A model generated the notes under the pieces. It did no database searches, had not been told where the DNA came from, and saw nothing but the letters and a program-made list of their open reading frames with translations. A DNA stretch of 63,445 nt, filler included, from Diploschistes diacapsis (lineage: Eukaryota), in the NCBI GenBank assembly GCA_023645945.1. It is 23 parts of 23 records of this genome, joined end to end, with 100 filler letters (N's around TTAATTAATTAA, not from the genome) between each part and the next. Parts side by side here need not be neighbours in the genome. Positions count along the whole stretch, not along the records: positions 48,987 to 50,710 come from JALAIB010002687.1; positions 50,811 to 52,533 come from JALAIB010002688.1; positions 52,634 to 54,356 come from JALAIB010002689.1; positions 54,457 to 56,176 come from JALAIB010002690.1; positions 56,277 to 57,995 come from JALAIB010002691.1; positions 58,096 to 59,813 come from JALAIB010002692.1; positions 59,914 to 61,629 come from JALAIB010002693.1; 16 more parts are not named here. The stretch is one strand, 5' to 3'. Position 1 is the first letter of the stretch, and each line of letters begins with the position of its first letter. Below are positions 49,407 to 61,360 of the stretch, piece after piece. Made by a program: the position numbers and the translations under genes.

Positions 49407-50600
49407 ATATAAGATTAATACGGTAACTAAAGGACGCCCTATTAAATAATAAAAAGATGCATCTAAACGAAAAAATCTTTTAAATCCGAAATTTGACGAA
49501 CGACGAAGGATATTAAAAAAAAAGACGATCGAAGAACAACCGTTCCCATAAAATAAGAACGTTAAATAAAAAAGATATATACGACCCGCTATTATCGCCC
49601 TATAACCTACTATATCTAATAAGACGGAAAAACGTGAACCGGATATATAAAAAACCATCATAAAAGATACCGAAAAACCCAAAAAAATAAATCAAAAAAT
49701 CCAAATAATTCCACCCAACGGAAATACACCGGGAAGGATTTTAATAAATCGTCCCCGCGTTCCCGCCGTCCGAAAACCAAGAATTTCAAAAAAAGCAGCC
49801 ACTAATCTATTAAAAGAATGAACTTTCAAGATTACTAAAGGCACTAAAATCAAGATTACCCTAAAAGAAACCTTTCAAACAAAAATCATACGCTTACTTC
49901 AAAAAAAATTAAAAAATCATACCGTCGAAAAAAATACTCGCGCAAAAGATCCGAAACCGGAGAAATCTATTATTCTACGCATAACCTATCTGTTAAATAA
50001 TTTAACACGTATAGTATCAATTCCAAACAATTAATAAACATAATAAACCTATAATTACAAAATATCATATATTCGGTTACTTATTCGAAAACAATAATCA
50101 CGATCGAAAACTATCGAATTCGCATATTACTTAATAACGATTCAGAAATAAATATAATAAAAAAATATATAATAAATCAATTAAACCTAACGATCACCCC
50201 TTACAAAAAAGTTTCTTTAATAAATACCAATTCAGGAAAAACTACTATAATAAATATTATAAAAAACGTTATTATATCGGTCGAAACTATTACGGTTCTA
50301 TAATTCTTTTTAATAATAGCTCGAATTAACAAACCGCTTATCTTAAGAACTTCCTATATGTCTATAATTGCTATATAGGCCAGCCATAAAGAAAATAAAT
50401 CCGTTAAGATCACGATTACAGACCCAGCATCTAAAAGATAAGCCGTTTTCGTTAAAACACACGGGTCCAACAAAAAGATTAAAAAGTTATCAGACATCCC
50501 GAACAATAAATAATCTAAAATCAAGATCCAGGATCAAAAAAACGAATCGTAAGGACCCTAGCTGAGGAAGGTCCTTCTACCGCATATCTCGAAAAACGGA
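49407..50600 (+). pseudogene. RIP-mutated gypsy gag-protease region ('family K'); other copies at 46258-46604 and 52890-54356
   Basis: LLNNDSEINI / LFNSDSEVNI read as RIP products of the retropepsin L(L/F)DSGSE(V/I)N motif, followed by PLILRT (LILG); long colinear homology among three contigs. Confidence 0.65.
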
Positions 50601-50810
50601 AATTAACGGTAAAAGTTTTTCATTTATTTTATTCTTATAGTTTTTATTTGTTAGATTTAAAATCGAAAGACAGGCAATCTTTAATATCAAAAGATTCTAA
50701 AGATTTATATNNNNNNNNNNNNNNNNNNNNNNNNNNNNNNNNNNNNNNNNNNNNTTAATTAATTAANNNNNNNNNNNNNNNNNNNNNNNNNNNNNNNNNN
50801 NNNNNNNNNN

Positions 50811-51198
50811 GTTTATACAAATAATAATAATTATCTTTATCGGTCTTTTTTATATAATTCAATCCTTTTTTAACGATTTTGAAATTAAAGGTCTTAACCA
50901 CACCTATAATAAAAAAGAAGCTTTATTTAATATACGAAGATATATACTTAAATATATTTAAAATATCGATCAGGCCCTTTGTGCGATAGAAATAGTAAAT
51001 ATAGTTGTCTTAGAAGGGAAGTTATAGTAATATGTTGAAAAGTTAAAGATAGTAGATTATCTTTATATTTCCGAAGGACGTTTTCCCGAAACAAAGAAGG
51101 TCTTAAAAATAATAAATTGGTTTATTTCTCGAGATATAATACAAGTAAGGGGATTTTTAGAAGTATATGTTTATTATCGCATTTGGATTAAGGATTTT
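50811..51198 (+). pseudogene. RIP-mutated gypsy RT C-terminal fragment
   Basis: QVRGFL(G>E)VYVYYRIWIKDF motif. Confidence 0.75.
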
Positions 51199-52200
51199 TG
51201 TTGGACAAGCTCAAATTTATTAGTGGAGAAGAAGATGCATTGCAAGTAGCTAGGTGGGCAGCGAGCCCTTTATAGCTACTACAGGTGGATGCCTAATGGC
51301 ATCGTGGGCAATGGCGTCACAAGCGACACCGGCAAGTACAAGTCTAAGCGACACGCAAGCGACACCTCCTAATAACAATAACAGCCTGTAACCATAGCTG
51401 CTATAACTACTACAATATCCCCGGACATAATAAACTTATGCCCCCATAAATAATGTCTTTAATAAATATTAAAATAATAAAACAAACCCTTGCAACTTTG
51501 ACCCAAAAGCATCTTAATAATATATCCTATATTACTCTTTTTTCTCTTATTTCCAAAGCAATTCTGTTTTTTTATCAAGCTTGCCTCCGTCTCGTAGACA
51601 TAGCCCTAATCCTATACCCCTAGTAATCCAGCCTCTACAACGTCGACGTACCTTACTTCGAACTCGGCGATTCGGTCCGCTAAATATCGTTATAATTCTC
51701 GCTCGATAATCCATATATCATCGATAATATCGTATCCTAACCATCGTATTAAATACTAAACATTCCATCCACGTCCTTTACGTATGCGGCGCTTAACTAA
51801 CAGTCGTTCTACTTCGAACTCTTCGTCGATTCTTATCGTCACAAATAACGACGGCAAGAATCGACGGCGATAAGAATCGCTCGTTAGATTTAATACCGGT
51901 TCGAAATATACGATATTAATAACATCGTAAATGCGGTAATAATCCGATAATTATAATCTATAAATTAATTTATCAATACGTTTTAAAATCTTAAAAGGTC
52001 CGGTAAGCTAAACGAAAAGCTTAACATTAATTACGACAAACAGTTTATATTTTCGATATAAACGTAACATTACGTAATCTCTAACTTTTATAAAGTAAGC
52101 CTTATAACGCTTATCGTAGGTTTCCTTTATAACAATCTTAGTTATGGTAAACGCGTCTTTAACGTCTATTATTTCTAAACGTGGCTTAATTAGTTTAATT
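51199..52200 (-). mobile_element. Chromovirus 3' end: integrase/chromodomain relic and family I 3' LTR (51199-51417)
   Basis: Minus frame GPFKILKRI.KL.YRL, DVINI..FEP, EEFEVERLLVKRRIRKGRGW..YLIRWLGY; PPT CCGGGGA; LTR related to 42668-42890. Confidence 0.8.
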
Positions 52201-52633
52201 ATTTCACGGCGTCGGTACTGTTATTCTTATAATCGTGTATCGCGAGTCTATAGGATCGGTATTACATCGCGAGTTTCAGGTCTAAATACTGGCTTATTAA
52301 CAGATACTCGATCCTGTCCGTCTATATCTAGAGCAAATATCTTTACTTGCGCTGATCTTCTTTCCGAAAAATACTTTCTATCATTTAAATCATCCGGTTC
52401 TGTTAATATATCTCGCGAAATGCTATCTCTTGTTGGCCTAGGTACCTCTATCGTAGATATATATATCTTTTTTATTCTTATAGGTATCCGTATTTCTATT
52501 TCAGGTATTCGTTTTTATGCCGTAGCCTAATTANNNNNNNNNNNNNNNNNNNNNNNNNNNNNNNNNNNNNNNNNNNNTTAATTAATTAANNNNNNNNNNN
52601 NNNNNNNNNNNNNNNNNNNNNNNNNNNNNNNNN

Positions 52634-52889
52634 GTAAATACACGGATACGGATACCGTAATAAAAATTTTCTCGATACGGACATTAACACGGATATTACA
52701 TTATAATAAAAATACGGACACGGATACTATAATTAAAAATTTTAAAATATTGATATTGACACGGACACTGCACTTCCGTGAATCCACGGACACGGACACC
52801 GCAGCTAAAAAATCTAAAACACGGACACTGACAGTGTCAGTGTCCGTGTCACTGACACGGCCGTGTCAGTGTCAGTGACGGCCAGCCTA
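52634..52889 (+). mobile_element. family F hAT-like MITE right end
   Basis: ACACGGACAC repeats ending GACGGCCAGCCTA. Confidence 0.75.
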
Positions 52890-53177
52890 GCCCTATAACC
52901 TGTTACTTTTACCAAGAAGATGATTATTATAAGATACGTTATCCACTATTATAGCCGCTTTTTCAGAGTAAGGATATCTATATATAAGAAAACAAGATCT
53001 TCGTCGGTCTGAATGATCACTTATAAGCATAATAGGTTAACCTATATGGGCAAGGTATAATAATAGAAAAACTTATGTCCTAAGTTAATAATTAGAAAAA
53101 GACTTATAAGAATAAAACCTTTTCGAACCCTCGTCCTTTATAATAGGTTTAAACTAGATCTTTATATCAAATGCCAG

Positions 53178-53469
53178 TGTCGGAATATAAACATGAACTA
53201 CTGCTTGCTAAAAGGTGCGCATCTTTTGGCGTAGTGGTTTAGTTCAATAGGTTATGAGCCCGGGTAGCGCACTGCGCTGCATCCCCACCCGTTTAGTTCA
53301 GAGGTCTGAGGTCGAGTCCCGCTCACGGCAGATTTTGATCTGACTGGAAAGAACATAGGTAAACAGTAAGAGCCGCAGAGCCATGTTTACGGGGATGTGT
53401 CGGAATATAAACATGAACTACTGCTTGCTAAAAGGTGCGCATCTTTTGGCGTAGTGGTTTAGTTCAACA
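53178..53469 (+). mobile_element. Complete 292-bp TRIM with tRNA-like Pol III promoter boxes
   Basis: 72-bp direct repeats 53178-53249 and 53398-53469 (TG...CA, one C>T difference); TSD GCCAG at 53173-53177 and 53470-53474; PBS GGTTATGAGCCC at 53250; PPT GGGGATG before the 3' LTR; A box TGGCGTAGTGG in the LTR; AGAGGTC..AGGTCGAGTCCC in the internal domain. Confidence 0.92.
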
Positions 53470-54547
53470 GCCAGCGTATAATGTGGTTAATATTAAATAT
53501 AAGCCTAAAGATTTCGAGGAAGAAGAAAATAACGAAAAAATAATAGAACGTTTTTTTATTTAATTATACGAGGTCAATTATTAGGATATATATAAGACCA
53601 ATGCGGTAATTAAGGGACGTCTTATTAAATAATATAAAGATGTATCTAAACGAAGAAGCCTTTTAAATCCGAAATTTAACGAACGTCGCCGGGTATTAAA
53701 AGAAAAGACGATCGAAGAACAACGGCTCTTACAGAATAAGAACGTTAGAAAAGAAAAGTACGTACGGCCCGCTGCTGTCACTTCATAGTCTACTATATCT
53801 AATAATACGGAAAGACGAGAACCGGATATATAAGAAATCATTATAAAAGATGCCGAAAAACCTAAAAAGGTAAATGGGGAAGTATAAATAGTTTTATTCA
53901 GCGGAAATACACCGGGAAGGATTTTGATACATCGTCCCCGCGTTCCCGTCGTCCGAAATTTAAGAATTTCAAAAAAAGGAACTACTAATCTATTAAAAAA
54001 TAGGCTCTTAAGATTGCTAAAAACATTGAAATCAAGATTATCCTAAAAGAAACATTTTAAACAAAAATCATGCGTTTGTTTTAAAAAGAATTAAAGAATT
54101 ATACCGTCGAAGAAAATGCTCGCGCCGAAGAACCGTGACCGGAGAAGTCTATTTATTTTACGCATAATCTATCCGCCAGATAATTTAACACGTACAATAT
54201 TAATTCTAAATAATTAATGAATATAATAATCTTACAACTATAAAATATCATATATTCGGCTATTTATTCGGAAGTAGTAATCACGATTAAAAATTATCGG
54301 ATTCGCGTACTGTTTAATAGCGATTCCGAAGTAAATATAATAAAGAAATGTATAATNNNNNNNNNNNNNNNNNNNNNNNNNNNNNNNNNNNNNNNNNNNN
54401 TTAATTAATTAANNNNNNNNNNNNNNNNNNNNNNNNNNNNNNNNNNNNNNNNNNNNATTTAAGATTTTATTAATTAATAAACATTTCGCTTATAATTCGT
54501 CGGCTTATCGATTTATAAATATAATATTCTTTATAATAAACGTCGTA

Positions 54548-55824
54548 CAGTACTAGTCCAAAAGTAATGGTCCCTCGGTTAAATCGGTGCAAATAAACAA
54601 TAAATGCCTACTATTATTTTTATAATAATGCCACCATATCGTCGTTTGAAGCTCTGGGAGCGCTCTGAGCTTATAGGCGTATATAAATCAGGTGCTATCC
54701 TAAAAAATACAGCTAATAGGCTAAATATTCCTTATTCTACAGCCAAAAAGACAATAGCAAAGGTTTTAGAGCGTAATGAAGATCAAGATGATCTGAAGCG
54801 CTCCGGAAGATCTTAAACAACGTTCGAAAATCAAGAAAATAAGCTTTATCGAACGGCCAAACGCTATTTAGAATCTAAATGGTTTAAATTGCTCGATATC
54901 TCGTTTATTAGTAAAAATATAATGCGCCGAAGATTTCGCGACATCGATCTTTCTTTTAAAAAATATAAGATACGGTGGAAGCCACATTTAGAGCCTGAAG
55001 ATGCGGAAAAACGTCTAAAACACTTCCAAATACACCGAACTTAACGCGCCGAGAATTTTATTAATATTTAGTTCATCGACGAGTGTTTCATAGTAATAGG
55101 AAGTAATAAAATACGAAAATAGGTATGGAGATATATAGGAAAATAATGGCTTCCCGATCACCTAGCAAAAACGGTTAGAAACAAAAAAAGTATCATACTT
55201 TGAACTAATATGAGAACCGATAAACGCGTCGTGTGGTGTTTTTTCGAAGATTACTATATAAATGGACGAAATGTTACCGCCGAGGCTTATTATATTTTAC
55301 TAAGAGATATTTTGCCTTAAATCTACGAACCTGGGTAAGGTTTTTTACAGAATAATACTTTTATACACACTGCAAACGCTGTTAAAACGCTTTTAGAGAG
55401 TTTCGGCGTCTAAATTCTCGATTATTCACTATATAATCCAGATTTGAACGCTATAGAACATTTTTGACCTAAATTAAAAGAGAAGGTATTTCGGCTTTAT
55501 CTAGAGCTTAAAATAATGCGTGGGAATAAAGATAATAAGAAACAGGCTTTAAAAGCTGTTATTATCGAGGTATTTAATCAAATTACGATAGATAGGAAGT
55601 AGGATTTGCCTGCTCGATTAATCTACTCGATATCTACGCGAATTCAGGCTGTATACGACGCGCAGGGGTGGTAAATAAAGTATTAATAGATACTACGAAT
55701 AAAGGGCATCAAAATGATCTAAAAAGCGTATTTGTAGGACATTATTTGGGTACGTATCGCATCTCCAAAGTTGGTGATGTCTACTATAATTTAGGTAGGG
55801 ACCATTACTTTTGGCACGTGACTG
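54548..55824 (+). mobile_element. Full-length Tc1/impala-like DD34E transposon (1277 bp), RIP-inactivated
   Basis: TA flanks on both sides; 28-bp TIR CAGT-N6-CCAAAAGTAATGGTCCCT; transposase from ATG 54628 to ~55686 with FIDEC, LQ(D>N)N..IHTA, 34 residues, then PDLNAIE; multiple RIP stops. Confidence 0.92.
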
Positions 55825-57444
55825 TAAGTTAAACGAGTCGTTAAAATACCGTTATAAAAATATAAACGAGTCAAGATCTATTTCGTATACCGGATATAAA
55901 CGAATTCCTTCAACTCATATTTCGAAATAACGATACGCTAACTTATTAATAACGACCCGATATTACGTCGCTATTCTTATCTTTCTAGAACGAATGTCCT
56001 TATCTTTAGAAATAATAAGGACGTCTTCGTTTCCAGATATGGTAATAAAGATTTAATAAGAATAAAATAAGTAATTAACGAGAATAGGAATAAAGAAAGA
56101 AAAGGAAAGATAAAGAAAATAATACCTTTATATTAAACCCATGCTAATAAGAATTAATAATAATAATATATTAAAGNNNNNNNNNNNNNNNNNNNNNNNN
56201 NNNNNNNNNNNNNNNNNNNNTTAATTAATTAANNNNNNNNNNNNNNNNNNNNNNNNNNNNNNNNNNNNNNNNNNNNGTTCGAGAGAGTCCAAGTAAATCC
56301 AAGCCCCTCGCGTTCGACTTCCCTCCTCGGCACTTGACGGCGGGCCCTCTGCCCGCCGTCCAAACCGTTCGGCGTTCGTTCCGCGCTTCGCAGATTCCCC
56401 ACCTACCGGCGCGGGGCTTTGTCCCCCTCCTGCTTACGCTTTCCGTCCCCAGGGAGGAGGGGGGCAGTTCTGTGGAGGTAGAAAGAGCGTGTGTGCTTAT
56501 ATGGTAAATATGAGGGCGAATGGAGGGGGAAGAAGGCAGGAGATTGGCGGTTGGAGAGGGAGGATTAGGAGGCGGAGAGGCCGTAGCCGGAGAGGAGGAG
56601 GGTGGCCGGGGTTGTTGTGGCCATGGTCTTTTTGAGGATTTCTTTTTTCTTTTTAAGAGGGATGGAGAGAGCGGTGGTAGAGGTGGGATGGGAGATCCGG
56701 GATGGGTGCGTTGGGGCGATTGGATGGAGGAGGACGGTGTGCAGACCTTTTTAACCCTGTTTGAAGAACCATATCTTCTTGATTTATGGGTAGTTCAAAG
56801 GGCGACCGGAAAGTATAAGCTAGCCATCACAGGCTTCGGAACAGATGCGGTCGAGGCCCGACGGATCTTGATCAGCCGTACCACTGGAAAGCTGGTTCGG
56901 GGAACAATAGGCGGCTCAGTTCAATCTTTCGTACATGCTGATACATGCTGTGTACGCGCATTAAACTGTACCAAACGCATCCACAACCGTCGGGCCAAAT
57001 GCTGGACAGGGTATTTTGATTGAGTTACGCTCAATTGAAGGAGGTTTGAGATGCACTGGCTTTCTTCCTGGAGCTGAAGTTGAATCAAGCTTCTTACATA
57101 AGAAATATCCCTGATCTTGGCAATTTTTGGATCAATATGAGCGCACCAGAATTGAATTCCGCTTCCTGGGTCAGACCGAACCACTGTTACGCAGTCTCAA
57201 TTCCAGGCGTTCGTGGTAGCCATATCATCTCCCAGAAAAGAGTCGCAGCAGGAGACATTTCCATCTCCCTTCCCGTTTGCTGACCCCTCAACGGCGGATA
57301 CGGATACGATAGCTTGTGCCAATACTTCCGCCAATGCCTAGACTCAGCTCATAACTGCTGGGCCTTGATCGTTTGGAAGCTATTGCGGTCAACTCCAACT
57401 GTCGCGATATTTTTCAAGCTCCAAAACTTACTCATCGTACCACC

Positions 57445-57995
57445 ATGACCGACGTGCGTTCCCTCCTCCGCAACGAGCGCCTCTCGCGCCGCATCGACCA
57501 TCCCCACGCCTCATACTCCTCGAGCGGCACCCTAACCTGCACCATATGCCGCACGGCGCTAAAAGCCGACTCTCTCTGGGAGCCGCACATACGGGGCAAG
57601 CCGCACCGGCAGAATCTACAGTCATTACAAGAAGCCAAGGCATCGGAGTCCAATAGCGTCCCTGCTAAGCGACCGGCCGAGAAGACCCTGCGGGCCGTCT
57701 CGGCTTCGAACGGGAAGAAGCGTAAGGCGGACGATGACGAGGAGGAGGAGCCAGAGACAGAAACGCACAAGAAGTCTAAGACGACAAATGGGTTAGCTTC
57801 CAGACCCTTTGACGGGCGGACAAACGAAGAGAAGGCTCTACAATCGGCGCAAGCAACCTCTGAACCGCAGCCGGAGCCAGAGCCGCAGCCGGAGCCGGAG
57901 CCGGAATCAGCGTCACCATCCCACCCCAAAAACCAACCCGCATCCACCTCCGCCCTCCCCGCTAACTTCTTTGACAACCCCACCTCATCTACAAC
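57445..57995 (+). CDS. ZNF830/CCDC16-like C2H2 (matrin-type) zinc-finger protein, 3' truncated
   Basis: MTDVRSLLRNERLSRRIDHPHASYSSSGTLTCTICRTALKADSLWEPHIRGKPH (CxxC-x12-H-x5-H) and a later LPANFFD motif. Confidence 0.75.
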
Positions 57996-58504
57996 NNNNN
58001 NNNNNNNNNNNNNNNNNNNNNNNNNNNNNNNNNNNNNNNTTAATTAATTAANNNNNNNNNNNNNNNNNNNNNNNNNNNNNNNNNNNNNNNNNNNNGACGT
58101 AACGATTGCGTTAAATCTATTTAACGATTCTATAAATTTTTATTAGATTAAGAAAGTTTTACGAGCTCTAAAAGAAAATTATATAATAAAAAATAATCTA
58201 AATTAATAATCTCGATGGATATACGCGGTTAAATAATAGTCAGAATCGTTCCGCGGGGTAAAATTTTAATTACTCGTATACATATAATAGGTATTAAGCC
58301 TGTTTCTCGCTATCCGTCTTTACAATTTCATATAACTAAAGACTCTTTACGTATTTCGATAAATAATTTAATTCCTTTTAATCGAGAAATGCGTTAAAAA
58401 TTAACTCGATAAATCGTATCCGCTCAGGTAATATACCGCCGCTTAAACGTAAAAAATACGCCAATATTAAGCGGTTAAAGGATATACGAGCAATAAATAA
58501 ATAT

Positions 58505-59570
58505 TGTAAAGGGTAGAATAAGACAATGTGGCAAGATGACTGTACGCAGGGCAGATTCATGCTAGGACTAATTACTAAAGAAGAGGAGAGAGTAAGAAGG
58601 GCAAAATCCCCCTTCAAGTATTAGCAAGCTAAGACCCTAAACGCTGTTTATTCGATTATTAATATGTTTTTAACTTGGCCTTACAATTATTTCCTTTTTT
58701 CTTGCTTTAACTTCCTAAAGTTACCTTTATGGTCCTTTCTTTGTCTATTAAGATAGGTTAAATAATTAATTTAATCTATATCGTTACCATCAAGATTCTT
58801 TATATAGGTCGCGTTTAACTAACACGTTAGATCCGCGTTTTTCGCCTAAGTTACGTGTTAATACCTTGTTTTTGCCTTTATATATATATTCCAAAATTCG
58901 TTAATAATTAATTATAGTATAAATAAACTTCAATATCGACGCTGATTACTTATAAATTAAATGATTATTAAACTAAAGATGTTCTTATTCGCATATTAAT
59001 TTTATTATAATATTTTTATCTTATTCGTGATATTCTTATATTTTATTTCTTTATCTTTTCAATTTTCATTCTTTTAATTTATATTATAGATCCTATCGGT
59101 TAATTATTATCGTCGCTTGTTCTTACTTTTCGTTCGTCGTCTACTTTTGCTTCTCATTGTTATTTATGTCTCGCCTCTTACACCTTCTTAATTAAAATGG
59201 TAGAGCATATCTTTAACACGTTCGAGCAAGCCCCTAACACGTTTTTAACGATGTCTGCTATTGGGGGCGATAAGTTCATAAATAAGCTCGTATAGGCGAT
59301 AAAGGGGGATTTTGTTGTCCGTCTTTAGCGCCGTGGTAGATCTCGTAAGCGGTATATGTTGATTATTTCTTTGCCTATGCTTAGTTCTGATTCTTATAGT
59401 TTTTTTTCGACTGCCACCACGTTTCCAATAAAGCCCATAATAGAGTTTATTATTACGTCTTTTTAGTCGTTTCCGGATCTTAACTTCTAACCGAGTTCTA
59501 ATATATCCGCTTTGCACCCATATTTCTTATTTATTAATCGTTTATCTAGAAACACCGCTACCTGAAAAAC
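58505..59570 (-). mobile_element. family D 3' LTR (58505-58685) and 3' internal region
   Basis: Homologous to 36738-37760. Confidence 0.8.
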
Positions 59571-59574
59571 TATA

Positions 59575-59813
59575 ACGTATATGTATAGGGAGCGAACATT
59601 CATAGCGAGCGGATACCCCCCATCCGAATTTACGAACTTTTAATTTTTATATTAATTTTCTACGTTTACGATTATATAATCATCTTCAATTAAAAATAGA
59701 ATTAGAATGAAATTTTAAGTTAGTAAATAAAACTTAAATCTTAATATAAAACGCGTATTTTAAATATATAAAAAAATTCGTATGACGTTTATTGTTCGAC
59801 GCGATAATCGTAT
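59575..59813 (+). mobile_element. pogo/Fot1-type element left end
   Basis: TA + ACGTATATGTATAGGGAGCGAACATTCATAGCGAGCGGATACC; the downstream decayed HTH start resembles 7356. Confidence 0.55.
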
Positions 59814-60365
59814 NNNNNNNNNNNNNNNNNNNNNNNNNNNNNNNNNNNNNNNNNNNNTTAATTAATTAANNNNNNNNNNNNNNNNNNNNNNNNNNNNNNN
59901 NNNNNNNNNNNNNGAAGAAATCTCGAGAAAAAATTAAACGTCTAATATAAAATACGTTAAATAAAATAATTAATTAATAATAATTAATATCTCGTTACGA
60001 ATTTCGAAAATATTTTCAATATCTTACAAGAATTTTATTAATTAAATCCCGAAAAGATGAAATTTCTATAACTAATAACGCCTAAAGATAGATAATACAC
60101 GTCAATAAAAACTATAGACGGGAACGAGCTTTTAAAATAAAGCAATATCGATTATTACGACGACCACGTTCTTTTATAAAATCTAAAAATATATTTAATT
60201 AAAAACGACGTTAAAAGGGATTTAAAAAAATAGAAACATTTATTCCGAAAAAATAACGGGTATCCTTTTAAATAAATTAAAAAAAAGAAATGAAAATCGA
60301 GGTAAAAATTGACTAAAAAGAGCATCGCGTTTATAAAAGACACAAGCATCTAGAAAAGAAGGTAG

Positions 60366-60736
60366 TGAAACAGCCCAGCCCAGAGGCCTGCCAAGCTAAA
60401 GGGCTTGCCAAGCCACGGCAGGATCAATGCCCCAGGTGCTTGCCAAGCCACGACAGGGTCAATACCCAGGTGCTTACCAAGCCACGGCAGGGTCAATACC
60501 CAGGTGCTTGCCAAGACACGGCAGGATCAGAAGGTGGCTATATAGACGGGTAGTCCCCGAACCCCGATAATCTGGCACCCACATTATTTAACGGTGCCCT
60601 CCTCCCACCTAAATAGTTTCTTCTTCAGCTTTTCGAATCGAGACCTTTTACCTGCAGATGCCCAGCTACACGTAATCCTTCCGGATCAGGCCCACCCCCC
60701 GGTAGTGTAGTATCCCATTCCTGCGCTGGCGTTTCA
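60366..60736 (+). mobile_element. LTR 'family J' (371 bp) with 34-bp internal tandem repeats
   Basis: TGAAAC...GTTTCA termini, preceded by the purine tract AGAAAAGAAGGTAG; related minus copy at 62005-62297. Confidence 0.75.
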
Positions 60737-61360
60737 AAGAGATTTATTTATTAATATTTTAAATTAACTGGACTTCTTATCAACCTATTTAAAGGTAATA
60801 AGAATAAGAAGAAGTAAAGAATTCTTATATGGAACGAATCTGAAACGTAAGCTTTCCGTATGTTAAAAAAGAAATTTACGGAGGCTTTTATATTTATTTA
60901 TTTTAATCTTAAATTATATATTCGCGTAGAAATAGATGCTTCGGGTTTTATTTTAATAGATATAATATTATAATTATATAAAGATAATTAGTAATATCTT
61001 ATAATATTTTATTCTCGAAAGATGAATTCAACGGAATATAATTATGAAACGTATGATCAAGAATTTCTAACGATAATAATAAACTTTAAATATTAAAGAT
61101 ATTATTTAAAAAGCTTTAAGCACGTAATTAAAATATTAACAGACTATAATAACCTAAAAGATTTTATAAAGAAAACGGCATTAACCGAGCGATAAATAAA
61201 GTGGGCCTTAAGGTTAGCCGCTTTTGACTTTGTTATTCATTACAAATCAGAAAAGAATAATTCTACAAATACGTCTTTAAGGCGACCAGATTATTTCGAT
61301 ATTGATCGATAAATCCAAGATTTATTACTTACGCTTTAACAAAAGTTAATAAAATTAAAC
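60737..61360 (+). pseudogene. RIP-mutated gypsy RT-RNase H
   Basis: RVE.DASGF, FYSRKM, NYETYDQEFL, LTDYNNL, RRPDY motifs. Confidence 0.85.

Noticed and set aside
53220..53332. A real intron-containing tRNA gene
   Set aside because: Acceptor strands do not pair, there is no clear anticodon arm and T54 is missing. The 5' half is duplicated as part of an LTR with a TSD, so it is treated as a tRNA-derived promoter.
56277..57283. ORFs upstream of the ZNF830-like gene
   Set aside because: No recognisable domain or convincing start; probably promoter/5' region of a divergent gene cut by the contig end.
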